Shown in pieces: positions 27,780-39,900 of a stretch of DNA of 64,000 nt. Origin of the DNA: Takakia lepidozioides. Lineage: Eukaryota > Plantae > Bryophyta. The stretch lies in assembly GCA_030704615.1 (NCBI GenBank), contig CM060732.1:38130001-38194000 (forward strand). Direction: 5' to 3'. How positions within the stretch are numbered: the first letter of the stretch is position 1; every line of letters starts with the position of its first letter. The position numbers and the translations under genes were made by a program. Below the pieces are notes generated by a model that was not told the DNA's origin, did no database searches, and saw nothing but the letters and a program-made list of their open reading frames with translations.

Positions 27780-27990
27780 TTCTGATAAGAAGGAAAAATA
27801 GGGTGAAATATGTTGAAGAAGGTGCCTTCATTAGCAGTGCATGATTTTATCCATTGTGCCGCTGCTGCGGCAGCTTCCAGTTGACCATCTGTTTCTTGTA
27901 GCTATCCTCCACAAGGAATCATAGGTAATCTGGAGCTTGAAATCCGGGCCTCTTGGATGAATCTGGACCCACAATCTATCCCTGCACTCC
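27780..27990 (-). pseudogene. B3-gene exon fragment homologous to 47040-47235
   Basis: GCTTCCAGTT.ACCATCT...GTTTCTTGTAGCTATC and GATGAATCT are shared with the 47.1-47.2 kb segment. Confidence 0.5.
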
Positions 27991-28699
27991 TTCAGCTATC
28001 CATGCCTGTGTACAAATCGTGAATACATCCTCAGCCTTGCTGCAGCTAGCAGCTGACACTGACGCCCTAACCCTGCCTACAGTAACATGTCAAAATCACT
28101 CCAAAACCACCATAAAGATTCACCAACGAGCTTCTCCTCATCTATGTTATCTGTTTTTGGATATTTTCTTGCTGCCACATCGGCAGTAACTTGTCAAAGT
28201 CACTCCTAACCACCACAGATCCACCCAACGAGCTTCTATCTGTTTGAGTTGAACCCTTGTATCATCGTCAAAAGAAACTTACAAATCTCTCACCTTCCTC
28301 TATTCCATCTCTCTCACACAAATAGCCAGATTGTCATCCCTTGCTATCACACTTGTGTTGATAACTAGCTAGACTCCTGCAAAATCAGCTGTGAATAACT
28401 ATGGCCACTTCACAAAGAGACTACAGAGGAAAAGGCATTGGAGATGGAGAGATAAAGATGGAGAAGACTAAGTGGCAGACTTGTCCATGGAGGAAAATAC
28501 TCAACAAACCTCTTGGTTACTAAGAGACCTTCTCCACTTGTCAAACATGGATGAGTTTGCCCTGAACCTCCCATGCCGACTGTTGCAGCCTGCGCACCAC
28601 CTCCCGAATCTAGACGTATTCCTATTTGTGCGTAAGAATAACAAAAGGAACGAGAAGAGTTCGTGTGTGCCCCTTGGCCCGATTTGGAGACCCGAAAAA

Positions 28700-29940
28700 T
28701 GGTATTTTCCAGTTTTGACGATTTCCCCATGCACCTCTTTGCCCTTCTCTAGGGCTGCCAGGCTTGCACGACACCACGTCTTGTTCAGCCATAGTGTTGA
28801 ACACTCCCTTTGCATCCTAGATGCACCCACATTTTGCAAACATGTCCACCAGGGTGTTGTTCAAAATGAAATCTGGTACAATTCCAGCTCTGAAGATGTC
28901 GCCATGGACCTCTTTCCCCTTTTCCAGAGCTGCCAGGGCAGTGTTCAGAATGACGTTTGGTACAATTCCAGCTCTGATGATATCCCCATGCACCTCTTTG
29001 CCCATGACCAGCTCTGCTACCTGCTGCTATGAGCTGCATTGTTCATGTTTGAACTCAGTTAAGTCAGCCGCCAAAAGATCAAGTTGTTCTTCAGCAGCTT
29101 TCAGGTGTGATTGGGGCAGTCCTTGAAGCACCAAAATTCTGGCATTAACTACCGTTGCACTACCCACATGAGGAGCTGCCCTCTCCTCAGCAGACTTGGC
29201 AGTCTTGCCGAGTCCAACTATCATCAGATGTAGGGTTTGTAGTTCATGTTCAGGCTCAACCACTCTGGTATGTAAAGGGCGAATTTTCTCAGTAGAATCC
29301 TTTTGCTGCACTGTCAATAGTTCAAGTGCCTCTTGTGCGTGACCTAGCTGAGCTAATCCAGCCATCATCCCATTCCATGAGATCACATCGCGCTTGGGCA
29401 ATTTTGCAAACACTTCCCGTGCATCTCCACACCCCCGCATTTGCAATACATGTTGACGAGGGCGTTCTCCATACTGACATTTGACTGAAATCCAGCTCTA
29501 ATGATGCCCTCATGGAGCTGTTTGCCTTGCTCTATCAACAATGGGCTGGAACATGCATTCAAAATGCACAAGAAAATGACCTTATCTACCTTCACACCTT
29601 CTCTTTGCATCAGATTCACTCGATTCACACAGTAAACTTATGCACCCGATTGTCAACCTCAATGCAGCTGTGCCCTGCCTCCTTTCTGACACCTTTGTCC
29701 TTCATCATTGCTCTCGCCTCTGTGGGATCACCCCACCTGCCAGCTGCAACCCCACACTTGGCATACATATCAACGAAAGTATTCTCCAGATTCAAATATG
29801 ATTCTGTTCCAACATCGATCGCAGCATGGACCTCTTTTCCCTTTTCCAGGGCTGCCAGGCTTGCACATGCATTGAGAACGCAAATGAGCATGACTTTGTT
29901 GGGCAATACCCCTTGCTCAATCATTTGCTCATAGGTCGCA
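28700..29940 (-). pseudogene. Chimeric, internally deleted PLS-PPR pseudogene with an unrelated coiled-coil insert (29030-29300)
   Basis: Repeated ALEKGKEVHGDI and VDMYAKCG motifs. An S motif is joined directly to E-domain AAGRW...KKEAGHSCIEVDNRVHKF-like sequence. Multiple frameshifts. Confidence 0.85.
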
Positions 29941-29992
29941 AGTGCATTTGGCTTTAAGCCTTTTGTTACTCTTCACATCGTACATTGAGAAA

Positions 29993-30740
29993 AAGCCACA
30001 CCTTGCGATTGCGGTTGTCCATTGTGAAGGTGGCCAGCCGCTTCCCATAGTAGTCAATGGCCACATCGTGCACCACATCTTCATGCCCCGATTCTAGGGT
30101 TTGAGTCCCTGTCCGCCCCCTATCCCACCAGCTCCGCTCGTAGTCTTTCATGATCAGACTCGACACTAAAACAAAACAAACATAGCTCCGCCTTGATCGA
30201 CGTCTCTCATGACCAGACTCGACACTATAAGAAAGCAAACACAGCTTCGTCCTTGTTTGTCGTCTCTCACGATCAAACTCGACACAAAGAAAACAAACAG
30301 ATGGCAGGGGAGGAAAAAAAAACGTGAAGTCCCCTCTACTCACGATTGGATGGATGAATGTAGCGATAGATGGATGGATTTTGGGTTTTCCATCAATACA
30401 TCCATCCATTCATTTGTTTTTCCATTTTTTGGCCATTCTAATTTCATCCATTCATCCAAAATGAATCTTTAAATGAGTTTCACTGTCAGTTCATCCAATA
30501 CTGCCTGCTCAGCGTTTGCATTATTATTTGTTCCTATGTTCATCCAATAGTTGCCATCAAGGCGTTTATTGTATCATTCGTTCATACGTTCATCCAAAGC
30601 ACAAAAGTTATGTTTGACTGCGACCTAGCAACCCTAAATTCAAGCACATTCATCCTAATTCATCTTAGTTCACTCATCCTAAGTCATCCTAATCATTCAT
30701 TCATCCATTCATTCCTTCATTCACAGGGTGTGGCTTAGTG
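29993..30740. mobile_element. TIR element (right end CACTA-like) enclosing a SEC13 fragment
   Basis: AAGCCACACCTTGCGATTG (29993) matches the reverse complement of the right end, CACTAAGCCACACCCTGTGAATG. Inverted GGATG/CATCC subterminal repeats. Confidence 0.5.
30030..30110 (-). pseudogene. SEC13: SEC13 (COPII/nucleoporin WD40) N-terminal fragment
   Basis: TQTLESGHEDVVHDVAIDYYGKRLAT matches the highly conserved SEC13 N-terminus. The rest of the gene is absent. Confidence 0.85.
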
Positions 30741-30759
30741 CCCGCGAGCAATGATATGT

Positions 30760-31126
30760 TGACATGTCGTCATTTGCAATCACATCCTGCATCCGTTTCA
30801 TCCATTTATGTTTGCATCGTCCACGTAGACACTCCTTGGGCAACTGGCAATCACCACGTGCAGTCGTGAATACTGACAGTCATACATTCCCATGCCCACG
30901 TCATCCTGTTGCAGTTTTGGCCATGACTCCTAGTCGTATCTACCATCTTCCCCTATCTGGTCAAACGTGTTTGACCACAGATCCTGACGTGGCGGAGGTA
31001 CAAGGTGGCATATACGACTTTTGGTGGTCACAAATGGCAACCGGGATTGCCCCCTTGCATTTTGTAGACATATATGCTACGACTGGGCAAATGTGGCAGA
31101 CGTTAAAGCCGGGATCTGTTGTAGTG
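30760..31126. mobile_element. CACTA right end
   Basis: Ends GACGTTAAAGCCGGGATCTGTTGTAGTG (reverse complement CACTACAACAGATCCCGG...). The partner end was not identified. Confidence 0.55.
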
Positions 31127-31285
31127 GCCCTAGAGCATTTCTGCAAGGAGGATGATAAAGTGATCATCTACCATGTGCACCAGTCTGTCTCGGTTACCAA
31201 TATAGGCACCGGTACTCTTTTTCTCTCTTAGACAACATACCTGATACCTAGATCAGCATAAAAACAAGTTCAGGTTGATCTCGTA
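31127..31285 (+). pseudogene. Universal stress protein (USP)-like exon fragment
   Basis: ALEHFCKEDDKVIIYHVHQ resembles the USP ALxxxxxxGDxLxLLHV segment. It may continue past the pogo insertion to ~32920. Confidence 0.35.
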
Positions 31286-32862
31286 CCGTAGCCTCGTATA
31301 CGGTTGGGTAGAAATTTGCCCAATAATTATTATTTTTCTCTTTGAACGGTTGGGCAATATCACATTAAGATATCTTATTTGGGCAATCCAGTTATGAAGT
31401 TTATAATAATTTAGACAAGTCATGAGCCAAATATGTATTAATTGGGCAAAGAGTCAGTGAGTAATGAATTATCAAACCTACCAACTAGTCTTAAATAATT
31501 TATCTGATTTGAAATAAATTAGGTAGCACTGAGCCAGCTAAATTGGTCCTATAGGGTATCGACCGCTGCTGCTGGAAAACTACCATCAACTTGGGAGCAT
31601 GAAGGAAAACTCATGGCTTTTAGGGTTGCATATTTGGTCAGAATGTATAATATTCCGTCAAGTTTGGTTATCAACACATATCAAACTGGAATTCATTTAG
31701 TTCCCATGGGTGGAGAAAGAACATGGGAGAAAAAGGGGCAAAAGACATTCATGTTATTGGTGTTGAAGATAAAAGACAGATCACAACTTGTGTCTCATCC
31801 TCGGCCAATGGGAATATGCTCCCACTACAACTTGTTTTCAAAGGGAAAACATCACGAAGTCTTCCTTCTAGCCAATGTAGTAAAGACTGTGTGGCCGCAG
31901 GTTTTCACTTAACCATTTTTAATAACCATTGGTCCAATGTAGATATGTGTAAGCAATTTGTGCAATTCGTGTTGGTTCCTTATTATTGCACGATGGTTAA
32001 GGACCTGGGGCTTGGCTCTAGTCAGAAGATGATATGGCTTCTGGATTGTTGGTCTGCCCACAAATCGAAGGATTTTTTAGATTGGATGAAAGCTGAACAT
32101 CCGAAGATCTGCGTTCTTTTTGTGCCTGCAAATTGTACCAGCAAGCTACAACCTATAGATGTCATCCTTCAAAGACCTCTTAAGCATGTTTTCAAAATGC
32201 AGTATTCAGAATGGAGTTCCGCTCAAGTTCGACAACAACTTAAAAGAGAAGTTGCTCCCAAAGACGTTCGACTTGATCTTTCTGTGAAAAACTTAAAAAA
32301 CCTGGTTTGTGGTTGGTTATTACAGTCATGGAAAGATGTGGCGAGGATGGAGGGTATGATTAGAAAAGGCTGGTCAGCCTACGGACTGCTGAGACCTTTT
32401 GACGTTGAGTTTCAGAACGAGGCCATTGAATGTAATGCAACCTCTTCTTTATTTAACATAGCTCTATCAGATTTGTCTATTAGAGACTCAATCTATTGGT
32501 ACTGAATCTGAATTAGTGGTAGTTGAAGAAGAACTAGCTGAAGATGTTTCTGAAGTAATGATTGAGTGTCTCTCAATTTTCTCTCAGTTTTTTGGACCGA
32601 GCTTATGAAAAAGTAGGTTGATTTTGATTTCTTGTCATAGCCTATAGATTGACAGTAATCAGAACTATCACGATGTACTTCTATGAATCAAGATAATTTC
32701 AAAACATATTTAATCATAATTTTCAAGATTTGGGCATTTTTTGATGAAAATTTATAATTTCAGCAATTGTTTTCAATAATTTTGCATGATTGGACTATTA
32801 AGTTCTGAATTTTATAAATCCTTAAATAATCATTTTCTGCCCAACCGTATAAGAGGCTACGG
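31286..32862 (+). mobile_element. pogo/Tigger-family (Tc1/mariner) DNA transposon, internally deleted, with a frameshifted DDE_1 domain (~31555-32505)
   Basis: 29-bp TIRs CCGTAGCCTC(G/T)TATACGGTTGGG(T/C)AGAAA with TA TSD. ORF motifs: LVINTYQTG (D-motif decayed), EDKRQIT, LPLQLVFKGKT, NHWSN, WLLDCWSAH, VPANCTSKLQPIDV. The HTH N-terminus is missing. Confidence 0.92.
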
Positions 32863-33985
32863 TAATACTCTGGGTAGCTGAAACTGCTCGAGGATATATC
32901 ATATCCAATGTTTGCAGGCACGATCAAAGATGATAGTGGCCGAAGCTATAACCAAAATGTACAAAAATAATGATTTCCTGTCCAACATCGGTGGTTTCGT
33001 TTACCACACATCCTTAGCACGCCATCATGTAAGTGGATTTCTAATATTTATTAACTTTCTATACTATTGATTTGATCTTCTTGATAATTAACCATGTTTA
33101 ATACTATATAGGATTATGTGGTCTTACAAAAAAAACAATTATGCTTTATATTGACTTTGGCTTATGTTTTATGTGCAGGTGACAATGGGTTGGTTAGTTG
33201 CACCATTGGTGGCTCATATAACTCCTTGGGTATGGTGGAAATTGCCCAAAAGAAATAGCAATCATTCATGTATTATTTACATTGCCAATCCAGTTTGTAT
33301 GTTTTGTCCTCAATAGATTCAGGATTATATTCATGCAATCTCTGGGCGTAAGTATTTGCTATTGACAGCTCCAGTTACAGTACCGTTAGGGGCATCATCA
33401 AGTGCACCATCAGGTACTGCTGCATTTACTCAATCCAAAGAAGATGTGTCACATTTTCCATACAGTCGTGTTGTAGAGGCGGCGTAACCATCTACAAGCG
33501 ATCGTTGACGCCCTCGTGATACCTCATACGTTGAGTTATAGCTTCCTCATAAATATCTTAGATGTCAACGATGTAGTGTCGATTTGATGAGGAGTGTAGG
33601 TCAACGTGAGGATGTTGTTTTATCTGATCCACACAAAAAACCAAGCGTGGATACTAGAGAGTGTTTTAGGGGTGGACTCCAGCTTTAGCTACCATGGATA
33701 AAGAGGAATATACATATGCCCATGAAACTCTTGCAAGACGATAGGTAATAACCAATGAGATTGTGGAGAATGAGCTTATCACCCTTTTGCCTTCTTTAGG
33801 TGCCAACTTTTCAGGTTTGAATACAGCTGTCATAGAGACATATTTTAAGGTCAAAGCCCTACCAGATTGGGAGCGGTGGGATTACTTGGATTCATTACTT
33901 GACGATGATACTGTTATCACCATGTCTTTTGAGCAATTGCAAGGTGCGGTTTCAAGGACGCTCGCCCAACATTTTCTCCTCTCAA

Positions 33986-36900
33986 GAGAGAGAGAGAGAG
34001 AGAAGACTCCGGCCAAAGCCGGCGTAACTAAGAGCCACTTCGCCTTATGGCTACTGCCCCCTTTCGAGGGTGGGCCCTATAAAGAGAACATGTGTCCAGG
34101 GGACACCAGGTAACCAGGAGGAGGTAGTAAATAGGGTAGCGGTGCCTAGGGTATCTGGGGTACCCTAGGATGCCGCAGAGGGGTTGGACTCGAGTTGTCG
34201 CTTATTGGTGATGATGGCAGTGAGGGAGCGGAGCTCAGTGAGGTGGATGGCTTTAAAGCATTTGTGGATCGGGGGGATAGGGATTTTAAGATTGTCGTGT
34301 AACGCGTTTATACTGGCGGTGTGAATCCCACCTCTAGTACCGGCTATGATAATTGATAGGAGGCCGGTGCGCCATCCACGCTGGCGGATGGCGAGGATGA
34401 GGGGGGCATATTTTTGTCGTTTCTCTAGGGTGGAGGGCTGGGTATCGGTCATTACAGTATGTGAATTCAACGAAGTGAATGGTTAATTCTGGGGAAGGGG
34501 AAGTGGGTAGGGGGGCTTTGATGGGTAAGCCTTGGACAAGTAGGATATCCGGGCAGAGCCAAGAGGGACAGATGCAAGATGAGTGATGACAAGTACACGG
34601 AAGTATCTCGTGAGGGACAGTGTGGTCAGGGGGTTGGCCTTGGTAGGTACCAGCATTGATGAGTGAGAACCATCTGGTTTCTGATCTGGACATGAGAAGT
34701 TTATGGATGTGCCAGACTGCGTGATTATGGCGAGTGACGCGGAGACCATGTATAACGGGGTGAGTACACTAACTAAGGAGGTAGGGCTAGGTGTCACGTA
34801 CTGTATGTGTATGTGAGCATAATGGGCAGTTGGGGAATGGGAATAGGCGTGGCCAGAAGATGTGTTTGCGTTGGTGTCCCATGTATTGGGCGTAACGAAA
34901 TCTGAGTGTTTGTCAGATTTGCGCGTCGGTGACAGTCTCGGTGCACCAGAAGTAGTTTGACAATTTGTGGTGAAGAATTGTAGATTGTGTCCATTTTTGG
35001 ATATGGGCTTTGGTATGGCTGGTAGAGGCTGAGCTTGTTTGTGTGCCTCGCATAAGTGGATTTTAGGTTATGTATGGGCTTGGTAGTAGGGGTCATGGTA
35101 CTGGGTAAATTAGCCAGAATGGGTAAGTGAGAGCAATATGGATGGGGCCGGCCGTAGGGTCCAGTGGGGGTTGGGCGGCCCCTGCCTGGGCGAGGCGGTC
35201 TGCATTTTCGTTACCGGTGATACCAGTGTGGGAGCGAACTTTGAGAAAGTGTATGGGGTGATTAGTGGAAGCCGCACGGTTAAAGATAGCTCCAATGAGG
35301 TTCCGGTCTGGGTGATGAAGGTGGCAGGAGGGGCTAGAGAGATGGTTGCGAAGAAGAAATAGTGAGATAAGGTTGTCGATGAAAATGTAGTATGGGGGGG
35401 AGAAGGAGGGCAGCTAGGAGAGTGCTTCAAAGATTGCCATAAGCTCAGCGTGTAATATAGTGGCTGGGCCTGGAAGTTTAAGAGCTACCCCACGGTTATT
35501 AGCAGCATGAAAAATACCGTAGCCAGCGTTAGAGCCAGATTGGGAGCTATCTGTGTAGTGGGAGTATGAGGAAGAGAATTTGAGCGGCAGACGTAGATGT
35601 GAGACCGGTGGGTCAGTAGGGGGCGGGAGAGAGGTAGGAGAAGGGCGCGGTAGCGCCCTTATCCAGGCCTTGCTTGGGTTGACTCTGGGAAACAAGGTGG
35701 GTAAGGAGCAAGATGTAGAGGGAAGAGGATGTGTGTTGGGGGTAATTGAGACTTTCATCCCCCATGTGCGTACGAGTAAGTGGTGTAAGGTAGAGGGGAG
35801 GGTGATGAGCATGGAGGTGGGATAGGTGTGTTGGACAAGTAGCAGTGACGTAGTGGTGGGTTCTAAGCGTCGGAGGTATTTAGAGAAGGGGAGGTTGTGT
35901 TCGTATAGTAGCTGGTTTGGTTCAAAGGTGGCTAGAAGGGTGACGCCGTGAGGGAGTTGTAGAAGGGGGTGGGGGTTGTTTGGAGGCCTCTGATGTGTAA
36001 GTAGGAGAATAGTACAGGCAGAGGGGGAGGAGTGAGCAGCAGTACGAGCCCATTGGAGGGCTTCTTGTATTTGGGAGTCAGGAGGGTGAGCAAAGCCACG
36101 ACCGGACCACCTGTGCTGGGTGGCAAGACTAGTGGCGCCAAAGATGCAGTCTCTATGGTGTGGGCTAGCATATGAGGTAAGTTCCATTGGGCACGTGAGT
36201 GGGCTAGAGTAGTAGGAGTGAGTAAGTTGGAAGGAGGAGATTAGGAGGCTAGACAGTTCTCTGGGGATTGTACTGTGAGTGTGTGCTTGTATTAGTTTGG
36301 ATTGGACGCGGGGTTTTTTGGAAGGGACTTAAGGTAACGGTCTAATAGCCAATAGATTTAAGTAATGAAATCTTGTCTGGGTGGCAGTATCTGATATGCC
36401 TGTGGGTTAGGAGTAGAGTATTTATGCCAAAGCCACGCTAGCCGATCACGCCAATGTATCGGCCGTTGTGGGCATGGATTTTTGACCGCTGAGGGCCTTG
36501 ATAGATTAAGGTAGAGTCATGGGCAATGTCTTTATCATGGTTACATTCGGTAGTGTTGATGTGAGGAATGGCGAGCGGGTAAGGAATGTTGCGGGTGTTT
36601 GTGAGTTGTGCCTAGGAGACATGTTGCTGGTGAATGTATGTCAGGTAGTTAATGTTGGTACGTTTATGGAACGCATAAGCAGGGCGAGGTTGTGGATGGG
36701 GTCACAGTCGTCGTGTGAACCAAAGAGGTCATCCTCAATTTGCCAAGTGTTGTCATTTGAGGAAAAACCGGCTCATTTGCATAGGTAGTACGTATCCAGA
36801 CATGTAGCGCCAAACGCGTCAGTTGATGTCTGGGTTCTGACCCCGAGAATGTCTTCAATAATGAAGGCGATGGAGTTGTTAGGATCGGCACTATAAGTGG

Positions 36901-39900
36901 GAGAACACGGCGGGGGGGATGGGGGATTTTGTCTACCTTAGTGTTGTAAGAAGCAGGGGAGAGAGTGGGGGAGGTTTGAGTGCGCGAGAGAAGGGGTGGT
37001 GGTGGGCTGACAGGGTTATGACTAGGGGCGGTATGGGTATGCGGTGAGGAGTAGGAGGGGGAGGGGGCTGTGGCGCAGGGGAGAGTGTCGATGGTACCGG
37101 TATCCTCGGTATGAGAGGATTTAAGCGTTTGTAGGATAGAGGGGGCAGGGGCGGTACGAAAGGCGGGGAGTAGATCCTACGGACTGTGGGGGAAAAGAAG
37201 ACAGGGTAGGTCACATTCAAGGAAACATGAGGCCGATGGGTGGCAGAATAGGGTATGGAGGTGGTTAAGGAATCTGCAGGTTTTGGAAGTGGCTCTGGAA
37301 TGTTTAAGGGTGAATTCTACGGGGGTCAAGAGGTGGTTGCCGGTGGCGGTGGTGAGCTGGGTGAGGGTCGTGATGTGTCGTCCTTTGAAATATTTGATGA
37401 TAAGTATTTTTTGGCGGGGGAACTTGCGTTCGAATTGGGAGAGGAAAGGGCTAGTATGCCAGGCCTGTTCGAGGGGAGATATGGATTTGGGATAATGAGG
37501 GAGATCGGTTTGCACACTGGTTTTCAACTGGCGGAGTATGAATAAGGAGCGGGCGGTAGGGGAATGGAGACAAGACTGTGAGTGGAGGAAAGGTAGTGAG
37601 TGAAGTCCATTATACTTGGAGGCCAGGTGTTTGAGTAGCCCACTGTAGATGAGACCTAGACGACCCGGGTCGTTGAGGGCTTCGAGTAGTTGGGAGCCAA
37701 AAGTGCGCGAGTATGATATTATTAAGGGACTAGTACCGATGCCATAGCTATCCGTGGGGAGTTGAGTAAGAGCATTGGGAGTGCTAGTGGGGAGACCACA
37801 AATGGGCTTAGTGAGTTGGATGATTTGTCTATCGATTTGGATGATGTCAGGGAGGGAGAAGGGAGCCGCATGGAAGGAGTATTGGACTTGTGGTTTTAGG
37901 ACAGATTCTATGTGAGAGAGTTTGTGCTCAAGGATGGCAAGGTCAACCGCATAAGCGGCAGCAAAAATTTCGTTTGAGGAAGTTTTGTATTGGTATCCAA
38001 GTTTGTCGTGTGCAATCCATCTGAGCAAGGGTTCAAGGAAAATGATAAAGAGGTAAGGACTAAGGGTGTCGCCTTGGATAGTGCCTCGTAGAATCGGGAT
38101 GAGAGGGGTTGAACCATAATATAAGCTTGTATATTCCGTGGAGCTGTTAGTGTAAATATTACCGATGAGTTGTATAGCGTCTGATGGGTAGCCTAGGTCT
38201 GTCATAATGGCGAGTAGACGCGGGTGGTCTAAGGCGCCGAAAGCATTTTTGAAGTCGATATATAGGAGATATATATCTTGTTTTGTGAGTTTGGCGTCCT
38301 CTAGGCGGATAACACATATTGTATTTGTCTGGTAGTGCTACGTGTGGCGCGGAAGCCTTCTTGCGGGTCACTAGGAATGCGGGGTGGTGTTCACCACAGT
38401 TGACCACATCTTGGTAAGGATGCTGGTAAATAGTTTATAGATAGTGTTAGCGAGAGCAATGGGTCTGTAATTGCTAAGGTCCGTAGGGTCGCCTTTCTTG
38501 AAGAGGAGAATGGTGCAGCTATGCTTCCATGTGTGCGGGATCCGGCGGAGTTGGTAGCAAAGTTTAAAAAATTTGAAGAGTGGCTTTTTTAGCGTCTCTG
38601 CCCAGCTTGGAGAGGGCAGCAATCAAGCTAGGAAGATTGGAGGGGTCATTGGGAGGGGGCATGATCGGGCTGCAGACAGACAAGGAGTTTAAGCATGAGG
38701 TACGGGGATCGGAGCGCCAGTCTCTGTGTAGGGAGGGTGGAAGAGTTAGGAATATCGGTGAGAGCTCTGCGGATAGTGTGATAGGTGTTTAGGTGGGAGG
38801 TCCAGGCCCGCCTTTGTGAACAAGTAAGACATCCCCCGTTTTGTTTAGAGCGGGAGGTTTGGGGCAGGTCCGGGGGAGCGGCACACGTGGCGAGAATGCT
38901 TTTGGTCATTTGTAGTAAGGTGGAAGAGAGGGTGAGCTCTGCTTTGAGCCAAATATTGTCGGGTTCCTGTGAGAGGTTCGTATCAGAGAGGATATGGGAG
39001 AGGTTTTGTGTTAGGATAGGTTAGAAATGGTTTTGGAAGGCTGTGATGTTATGTTTGAGTAATGAAGATAATGATCCTAGGTTGGGGAGGGGGGGTAAGG
39101 ATAGAAGGGAGGGGGCGGAAGGGAACAAGGCCGGAAGGGGGAAAAGAGATTGATACTGGGTAGTGGTTGGAGTTACAAATGCTGTCAATGTGAATGTGGC
39201 TGCGGAGATAAGACGAGATCTCGGTGCTGGTCTTGAGACAGAAACCATCAAAGAGGCTGAGGGAGTAGTGGAGACCACCTTGCCTGGAATAGTGGTGATC
39301 TGCGGGTATGTAGCTAAAGTGGTGTTGTTGAAAAATTGGCCCAATCATGATCGGAAGAGGATGGGGGTTGGTGGAGCCTTTAGGAGTGTTCAAGGAGGGC
39401 AATATCTCTGTTGAAGTCACCAGCGAGAATGTAGTGGTGATGGTGCTGATAAGGGTGGGTAATCGTAAATTGGAAATTGCAAGCATAATATATGGGGTTA
39501 GTTGGAGGTCATTAGTGTGGGAGGGCATGTATAGGTGAATGATGGTAATTGGGTAAAGAGCAGGCAAATAAAGTTGGAGAATTTGGAGATGAAGCGAAGA
39601 GGGATGAAGACGTTCACCTTGGTGGTGGTGTTGGGAGGGTGATGGGTACGTAGGATGCCAATGGCAATGCCTCCCCGGGTGGGGCTGTATGGGGTCGAGC
39701 GCGCCTAAGACATTGCGGAGCTGACAAAGGGTTGCCATACATGAAATAGTATGTCGGGAGTAGCTTGTTTATGTATGAGCTGTTAGGCGTGTTAGGGTGT
39801 AGTTTTAATTTCTTGTAGTAGAATAATGTGCGGGGAGATGGAGGGTGATTGCAGCCTACAGTGTTCCTTTTTTGACGTAACTTCGTCATTTTTCCTGTAC

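Noticed and set aside
7223-31126. Single 24-kb CACTA element bounded by the two CACTA ends
   Set aside because: The TIRs match only about 20/28 and the 3-bp flanks differ (CGA vs GCC).
34001-34030. Hammerhead-like AGAAGA-stem-CGTAAC
   Set aside because: The core lacks CUGANGA and GAAA, and stems I and III are absent. It is better explained as the antisense of the LINE 3-prime hairpin.
34085-34165. HDV-like ribozyme in the LINE 3-prime UTR (minus strand ACC-UCCUCCU-GGU, GG, then a small hairpin)
   Set aside because: A P3/L3-like motif is present, but no J4/2 catalytic strand or complementary P2 follows, and such ribozymes normally sit at 5-prime ends.
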